Source: Candidatus Marinacidobacterales bacterium
GTDB lineage: Bacteria; Acidobacteriota; Vicinamibacteria; Marinacidobacterales; DATDRI01
Assembly: GCA_965226495.1 (NCBI GenBank)
Contig: OZ245365.1
Span: 3,840,001-3,904,000 of the forward strand
DNA length: 64,000 nucleotides
Direction of reading: 5' to 3'
Notes under the pieces: generated by a model
What the model was told of the DNA's origin: nothing
Databases searched by the model: none
Seen by the model: only the letters and a program-made list of their open reading frames with translations
Shown here: one piece after another, positions 58,478 through 64,000 of the stretch
Layout: every line of letters begins with the position of its first letter
Numbering within the stretch: position 1 is the first letter of the stretch
Program-made: the position numbers and the translations under genes

Positions 58478-59980
58478 ATGCGCTGGTGGCCCGCCCTACT
58501 GATACTCGTCGGCACCTTCGCGACTCTCGTCTTCATCTGGGGCAGCGACGCTCCCGTCCGGCAGATGCAGGTCGTCAACACCGCCGTCACCTTGATTGTT
58601 TCCACCGGGCTACTCCTGCTGTGGCTCACATTCTTCTCGAAGCTCCCTTGGAAGAAGCGCCTCCAGGGCTGGGGCCTCGTGATCTTGATGATCGCGTCAT
58701 CTTTTCTCCTGTTCCGCTTTCGGGGCGTGAGCGGAGATCTCGTTCCCATCCTCGAGCCTCGGTGGGCCGGAGCTGGCGACGGGGTCACTGGCAATAGTCT
58801 CGACGAGCTGGCCTCGGCGTACGATTACCCGCAATTTCTTGGCCCTTCCCGAAATGCGACTGTCCGGGGCGTGCACCTTGAAACCGATTGGACCGCGCAT
58901 CCACCGAAACCGATCTGGCGCCGTCCGGTCGGAGCCGGCTGGTCGAGCTTTGCTGTCGCTGGCGATGCGGCGGTAACCCAAGAACAGCGCGGTGAGCAAG
59001 AAGTTGTCGTTCGCTACGATTTTCGAACCGGCGAAGAAAAATGGGCCACCGGAAATCCTGCTCACTACGACAATCCCATCTCCGGCGAAGGCCCGCGGAC
59101 AACCCCCACGGTCCTTGGCAACCGCGTCTACAGCGTGGGCAGTACCGGACTTCTCAACTGCCTCGACCTAGAGACCGGCGAGCGAATCTGGTCGCGCGAC
59201 GTCATGAAGGACAACGACACCGAGGTCCCGCATTGGGGAGTCGCCGGCTCCCCTCTTGTCGTCGACGACATCGTGGTCGTGAGCGCAGGAGGCACGGACG
59301 GCAAGTCGCTGGTCGCGTACGACCGAGAGACTGGCGAGATCGTTTGGCAAGGTGGCGACGACAAAGCCGCCTACAGCTCTCCGTTACTTGCGACCCTCGG
59401 GGGCGTAAGGCAGATTGTCATCTTTAATGGCGCGAGTGTGGCCGGCCACGATCCGGTAGATGGACGAGTGCTTTGGACTCACAAGTGGCCACATCAGCAG
59501 TCCAACGTGGCGCAACCCGTTCCGGTTTCCAGCGATGGACTCATCGTCTCCGCCGGATACGGCATCGGCGCCAAACGTTTCAAGATCGAGCCCGGTGTCG
59601 ACGGCGGTCTCAGTGCGATCGTGGTCTGGGAGAACAACCGACTCAAGGCGAAGTTCGCCAACTTCGTCGTGCACGAGGGATTCGTCTACGGACTCGATGA
59701 TGGGATCATGGTGTGCCTGGACGCCGCGACCGGCGAACGGAAGTGGAAGCGAGGCCGTTACGGCCACGGCCAGGTGATCCTGGTCGAGGATCTACTTTTG
59801 TTGCAAACCGAGCACGGTGAGATGGTGCTCATCGAGCCCCACCCCGAGGAGCTCCGGGAGCTGGGGCGGATGCGTTTGTTCGACGGGAAACTTTGGAATA
59901 GCCCGGCGCTTGCGGGTCAGTATCTTTTGGTGCGCAGTGACCGCGAGGCGGCTTTGTTCGAGCTGCCGGTGAAGAACTAG
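58478..59980 (+). CDS. Membrane-anchored PQQ-like beta-propeller protein
   Basis: Three N-terminal TM segments, YPQFLGPSR, GPRTTP, repeated LD..TG...W blades. Confidence 0.85.
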   Translation: MRWWPALLILVGTFATLVFIWGSDAPVRQMQVVNTAVTLIVSTGLLLLWLTFFSKLPWKKRLQGWGLVILMIASSFLLFRFRGVSGDLVPILEPRWAGAGDGVTGNSLDELASAYDYPQFLGPSRNATVRGVHLETDWTAHPPKPIWRRPVGAGWSSFAVAGDAAVTQEQRGEQEVVVRYDFRTGEEKWATGNPAHYDNPISGEGPRTTPTVLGNRVYSVGSTGLLNCLDLETGERIWSRDVMKDNDTEVPHWGVAGSPLVVDDIVVVSAGGTDGKSLVAYDRETGEIVWQGGDDKAAYSSPLLATLGGVRQIVIFNGASVAGHDPVDGRVLWTHKWPHQQSNVAQPVPVSSDGLIVSAGYGIGAKRFKIEPGVDGGLSAIVVWENNRLKAKFANFVVHEGFVYGLDDGIMVCLDAATGERKWKRGRYGHGQVILVEDLLLLQTEHGEMVLIEPHPEELRELGRMRLFDGKLWNSPALAGQYLLVRSDREAALFELPVKN

Positions 59981-59994
59981 AGCTTCACAACCCT

Positions 59995-60017
59995 AACTCG
60001 ATCCACCGGACCGAGTT
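59995..60017. terminator. Possible terminator hairpin between convergent genes
   Basis: AACTCG-ATCC-ACC-GGAC-CGAGTT stem; no U-tract. Confidence 0.3.
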
Positions 60018-60021
60018 GCTA

Positions 60022-60237
60022 TCATCCTCTCTCTTCGAGAATGATCCTGCTCAGCGAGACTCCGGAAGCCTCGAGCGGATGGGCGCGATCCCAGCGTTCT
60101 CCTTTCCCCGTCGAGTACGGGGAAACGATGGCGATCGGCTCGCCCTTGCGATAGACCTCAAGGGTCTCACCCTCTTCGACCGCGTCGAAATACTTCTTGG
60201 CGTTGTTTCTTAGCTCCGAAAAAGTTATTGCGATCAT
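60022..60237 (-). CDS. Phd/YefM family antitoxin (orphan)
   Basis: MIAITFSELRNNAKKYFDAVEEGETLEVYRKGEPIAIVSP; GGGAG RBS. Confidence 0.85.
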   Translation of the reverse strand: MIAITFSELRNNAKKYFDAVEEGETLEVYRKGEPIAIVSPYSTGKGERWDRAHPLEASGVSLSRIILEERG

Positions 60238-60383
60238 GATTTGCACTCCCTGCTCGGAGACGACTTTCTTCGAGCCCGTCACCGGGCTACCCAACCTACT
60301 GTCATCCTAATGCACAAGCGTTGACTTTTCAGCCTGTGCGGAGTTATTTTCACATCTGAAGGGCCAGTCCAAGCGGGGATTTC

Positions 60384-60470
60384 GTGCCTCTGTCTGCGGG
60401 TACCCACCTTGGCTCCTACGATATTCTCTCTCTCCTCGGTGCTGGAGGAACGGCCGAGGTCAACTATTCT
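60384..60470 (+). pseudogene. N-terminal remnant of a Ser/Thr kinase
   Basis: MPLSAGTHLGSYDILSLLGAGGTAEV matches the typical ..GTRLGPYEI...LGAGGMGEVY kinase start, then similarity stops. Confidence 0.75.
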
Positions 60471-60517
60471 TGGACCCGACGACGGCATAGCGTACTCCGC
60501 GTCGTCGCTCGATGTCA

Positions 60518-60556
60518 CCCTCTCCCCGTTCGCGGGGAGAGGGACGGGGTGAGGGG
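60518..60556. repeat. CCCTCTCCC/GGGAGAGGG palindromic interspersed repeat (CIR/REP-like)
   Basis: CCCTCTCCCCG-TTCG-CGGGGAGAGGG (11-bp stem) followed by ACGGGGTGAGGGG. Confidence 0.75.
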
Positions 60557-60838
60557 TCCCGTACTCCGAAACCGCCAGAGCACTTGATCAAGAAGCTGGA
60601 TGGAACAGCTGAAACACCCAGTCAAAAAATAGAATTTTTTGCTTGACAAGATTCCCAACACATTTTTCTTCTGGCCTGCCTACTCTCGAGTTCTATCTCC
60701 AACACTTCCGTCGGCTGTCTGACCGCTCTCTAGGAGCTCCGAGACAAAAAGTTCGTCCAGACCACTTTTGTGTTCACTCGTGTCGGCTGAAGGCCGAAAA
60801 AAGTGTGTGGTTATATTACTGGTTAGGGGGTACGACTT

Positions 60839-61604
60839 ATGGTCAACAAATCATTGAAATCTATTTCGGATGACGAGCTTCTCCGCCGCTTGTCCGAACT
60901 GTTGCAGAGATCCCGGCGCGTCGAGTCAGAACTGATCGCACACATTGCCGAGGTGGACGAGCGGCGGCTGTATGCACGCGAAGCATTTCCTTCGATGTTT
61001 GCGTACTGCACCGAGAAGCTGAACCTGTCGGAGCACGAGGCTTATTTGCGCATCACTGTGGGGCGCGCGTCACGAAAACATCCGGTCTTGCTGACGATGC
61101 TGGGAGAGGGGCGTCTTCACTTGAGTGGTATATGCGGGGCTTCACGCCAAGCTCGAGCGACTCCAGGCGCTCAGACCGAACAGCGATCTTGCGGCGATGA
61201 TCGAAGAGGCCGTTACCGAGAAGCTCGAACGGTTGGAGTCGAGGCGCTATGGCAAGACGCGGGCGCCGAGACAGGCTCTCGAGCAAACCGACACGTCGCC
61301 GTCGTCGCGCTATATCCCAGCCGCAGTTAAGCGAGCGGTCAGCGAACGCGACGAGAACCAGTGCGCCTATGTGGACGCACACGGCAGAAGGTGCGACGAG
61401 TGTGGGGACCTTCAGTTCCACCACGACAAGCCCTTCGCACGTGGCGGCGACCACAGCCCAACAAACGTCCAGATGATGTGTCCCACGCACAACGCGTATC
61501 TAGCCGAGTGCGATTACGGCAAGGACATCATGAAGCGTTACAGACGCGCGAGCAGCTCTGCGCGCGAGCCCGCGCCAGTCTACATTTCGGTGGGTTACAG
61601 CTGA
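60839..61604 (+). pseudogene. DUF222-like/HNH endonuclease gene with internal deletion and frame jump near 61132
   Basis: N-part LIAHIAEVDERRLY...SMFAYC...GRLHLSGI; C-part SRYIPAAVKRAV.ERD..QC..C..FHH.KPFARGG..N..MC.THN in another frame. Confidence 0.8.
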
Positions 61605-61745
61605 AGCGTCGGATGTTTCTTGTGAAAGCCTGTCGCTTCCTGATAGGCCCGGGCAACCGCCAACGTCGCCGCCTCCCCGAACAGCTTATCCATGAAACTG
61701 ATACTGGTCGGCGTCTTGTAGCCTTTCACCGCAAGCAGATCCTTG
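61595..61745 (-). pseudogene. C-terminal remnant of an amidase-family gene
   Basis: PTSISF..KLFGEAATLAVARAYQEATGFHKKHP resembles amidase C-termini; no upstream body. Confidence 0.55.
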
Positions 61746-62009
61746 CCCCCCCCAAGGAATAGTCGTGAACGTCGCGTCAGCGCGACGCGCACCTTAACTC
61801 CAAGCCGGTAAACCCGTCAAAGCATCGACTTTCGACCTTGTCGTTGGCATTACCCTACAGGTTGGGTCGATTCCCTACAGCCTTCGGTAAAGAAGCCTCA
61901 AAACCCGGACGGAGGCAGCCCCAACCGACTGCCAGTCATACACTTAGTCATTCTTGTCCACGTCACACATGGCCTGGAAGTTGCATCGGAGCCATTCGCG
62001 AGGACTGGT

Positions 62010-63734
62010 GTGGCCGTAGACAAAACAGTCGAAGTCAAAGCGACCGGCGAGGACGATTTATCCCAGCGGACCTCTGCCCTAGCCGATCTCATCCGCCTCT
62101 TGGTCAAGGCGCAGAAGGCGCTCAGGCTCTACCAGGCCAATAACGCCATCGCGCACCGCTTGGAGAAGGAGCTCTACACGAAGCTTTTCGCCCACTTGGA
62201 AGAGGAAGGGGCGTTCGAGCTTACCGTCCGGGAGTTCAAAATCCTTCTCGGTGAGGACGTTCTCTACGAAAGTACCGACCGCAACGACAGCCTTTCTTTC
62301 ACGCTATTCCGGGACGGAGTTCGCAAACTCAGCTTTCACCCCGGCATCGAGGATTTGGAGCTTCACGGCTTTCTGACCTGTTTGAATCACGTCGGGATGC
62401 ACTCCAACGACCAGGACGATCTCGTAACGCTTTTCTGGGAGCAGGATTTCAAATCCATCAAGTACTACGCGATCGAGGAGCTTAGCACCGAGACTTCCGG
62501 TCCGAGTCTTCAGCAGCAACTGGAATCCGGCGCGGCTGGAGAAGGCGGCGGGGGCACTGCCACCGACAGCGTCAGCCTGAAGGATTTGGAACAGCCGACC
62601 GCCCATCTTCCCAACGATGCCTGCCGACTCACCGAAGACGAGCTCGAAGCGCTGCGTGCGGAGCTCCTAACCCAGGAAAACGAGCCTTTTTCTGTCTCGG
62701 TCGTCGAGCTCGCCATCGAGCTCACACTTCAGGAAAGGCGCAAAGAAGAACGAGACCGAATCACTGACAGCCTAATCGCCATCGCCAACCGTCTGCTCAG
62801 AGATGGAGAGCTCCAAGAGATCGCGCGGTTGGCCGAGCACCTCGAAGGCCTGTCCGGAATGCTACTCGCGGATTCCGAGCCAGTGACTCAGCTTCGCCAA
62901 AGAGTCTTTCGAGCCCTCTGCAATCCGGAACACCTCGGTGGGTTTCTCGATCAGGTCGAGCAAGCACGCCAGTTGAAGCCGACGGAGCTCACAATGTACT
63001 TGGTACGGTTGGGGCAAGACGCCCTCCCCGCCCTCGTCCCAAGCTTGGCTCGCTTGAACACTTCTCCTTTTCGTCGCGCCGTAGCGGACGCGATCCTTGC
63101 AACCAAAGAAGGAGCGTTGCACGAGCTATCTCGACACATCCCCTCCAACGGCGACGTCCCTGACGTCACCTTCGTTCGCGAGCTCCTCTACGTCCTTTCA
63201 CATCTTCCCGGAGATCAATCGTTACCCTTGGTAGAAAAACTTCTCTCCGCCTCGGAAGAAACCGTGCGACGAGAGGCTTCATCAAGCCTGGGTCGCTTCC
63301 ACCATGAGCGGACCGGCGAGCTTTGCCTGAAACTGCTGTTGGACTCGGATGCGGAAGTCCGAAACACGGCACTGGACACACTGGTGCGTAGCGGCGCAAC
63401 CCAGCTGGCGAAACCCATTCTCGACCAGTCGGTGGCCGATCCAGCGTTCGAAGAGCGAAGTTTCCCCGAGAAGAGCCGGACGTTCTCTGCCGTTGCCAAG
63501 CTGGGTGGTCCAGAAGCGCTCAACTGGTTCACCGACATCGTGCGACCGGAAGAGCGCCGCTGGTTCGCTTCACGGAGCGAGCGAGAAATCCTTCAGGCCG
63601 CTGTCCACGGCATTCACAAAGTGGGTACGCCGGAGGCCAAGCAGCTTCTGGCCGAGATGGCAAGCAAGGGCGATCGTTTCATCCGCGCCGCTTCCCAGAA
63701 AGAGCTAAACGCCGAGAGGAAGACATCGCCATGA
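62010..63734 (+). CDS. HEAT-repeat protein with conserved N-terminal domain
   Basis: KALRLYQANN, LFRDGVRKLSF, DDLVTLFWEQDF, C-terminal HEAT-like repeats (ETVRREA, AEVRNTAL). Confidence 0.8.
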   Translation: MAVDKTVEVKATGEDDLSQRTSALADLIRLLVKAQKALRLYQANNAIAHRLEKELYTKLFAHLEEEGAFELTVREFKILLGEDVLYESTDRNDSLSFTLFRDGVRKLSFHPGIEDLELHGFLTCLNHVGMHSNDQDDLVTLFWEQDFKSIKYYAIEELSTETSGPSLQQQLESGAAGEGGGGTATDSVSLKDLEQPTAHLPNDACRLTEDELEALRAELLTQENEPFSVSVVELAIELTLQERRKEERDRITDSLIAIANRLLRDGELQEIARLAEHLEGLSGMLLADSEPVTQLRQRVFRALCNPEHLGGFLDQVEQARQLKPTELTMYLVRLGQDALPALVPSLARLNTSPFRRAVADAILATKEGALHELSRHIPSNGDVPDVTFVRELLYVLSHLPGDQSLPLVEKLLSASEETVRREASSSLGRFHHERTGELCLKLLLDSDAEVRNTALDTLVRSGATQLAKPILDQSVADPAFEERSFPEKSRTFSAVAKLGGPEALNWFTDIVRPEERRWFASRSEREILQAAVHGIHKVGTPEAKQLLAEMASKGDRFIRAASQKELNAERKTSP

Positions 63735-64000
63735 CGATGACGAAGGCACCCTCCTCGACGGCCGCCACATCACCGGAAGCGCGCGCGTTCCTCAACCTGG
63801 CGCGGGAAATACAGCAACACCTCGCGGTCTTGATCAAAAATTCCTATCTTCACGACCTTACCAACGAAGTCTTCGAAGAGCCGCTCAAGAAAGCGCAGGC
63901 CGCCCTCGAGAGTGCCGTGAACACAGAGGGAAGCTTTCGACTGGAGCGCATGGGGCAGGAGTTCTACGCTAACGGGATGCGGCTTCGGATGGAGATACGG
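63731..64000 (+). CDS. 3'-partial CDS coupled to the HEAT protein (possibly HD-GYP type)
   Basis: ATGA overlap; open to the window end (MTMTKAPSS...LIKNSYLHDLTN...FYANGMRLR). The HD-GYP call is contextual only. Confidence 0.6.
   Translation, partial: MTMTKAPSSTAATSPEARAFLNLAREIQQHLAVLIKNSYLHDLTNEVFEEPLKKAQAALESAVNTEGSFRLERMGQEFYANGMRLRMEIR

Overview
A GC-rich (~60%) bacterial chromosomal segment. Gene content (BlaI/M56, TolB-like TPR regulator, BON protein, remnants of DUF222-HNH and 'MPLSAGT.LG.Y' kinase genes) suggests an environmental Acidobacteriota-like lineage; this is inference. It holds about 45 intact or near-intact CDSs. Main modules: a polyphosphate/Ap4A cluster (CHAD-CYTH, apaH, ppx, double-domain PPK2); a BlaI-M56/M23 operon with a perfect TACA-N2-TGTA operator; a probable oxalate-assimilation operon (acyl-CoA synthetase, PanE2-like reductase, Nramp-like transporter); housekeeping genes (xth, pepA, acs, trkAH, ggt, mmsA); and many peptidases and transporters. 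The best system-level candidate is a self-contained module at 42.3-46.8 kb: a sigma54 activator with an unrecognised N-terminal domain, an enhancer-like palindrome, a -24/-12 promoter, a secreted VIT-vWA protein with a GlyGly-CTERM-like tail, and an adjacent rhombosortase. Non-coding elements include a ~220-bp MITE that supplies stop codons to two genes, several palindromes and a structured leader upstream of a methyltransferase. Several genes are broken by single-base indels in short homopolymers (probably sequencing errors). Others are deletion remnants (MFS, zincin, toxin, kinase, HNH, amidase). I recognised no rRNA, tRNA or CRISPR array. All calls come from motif reading by eye; no database searches were run.
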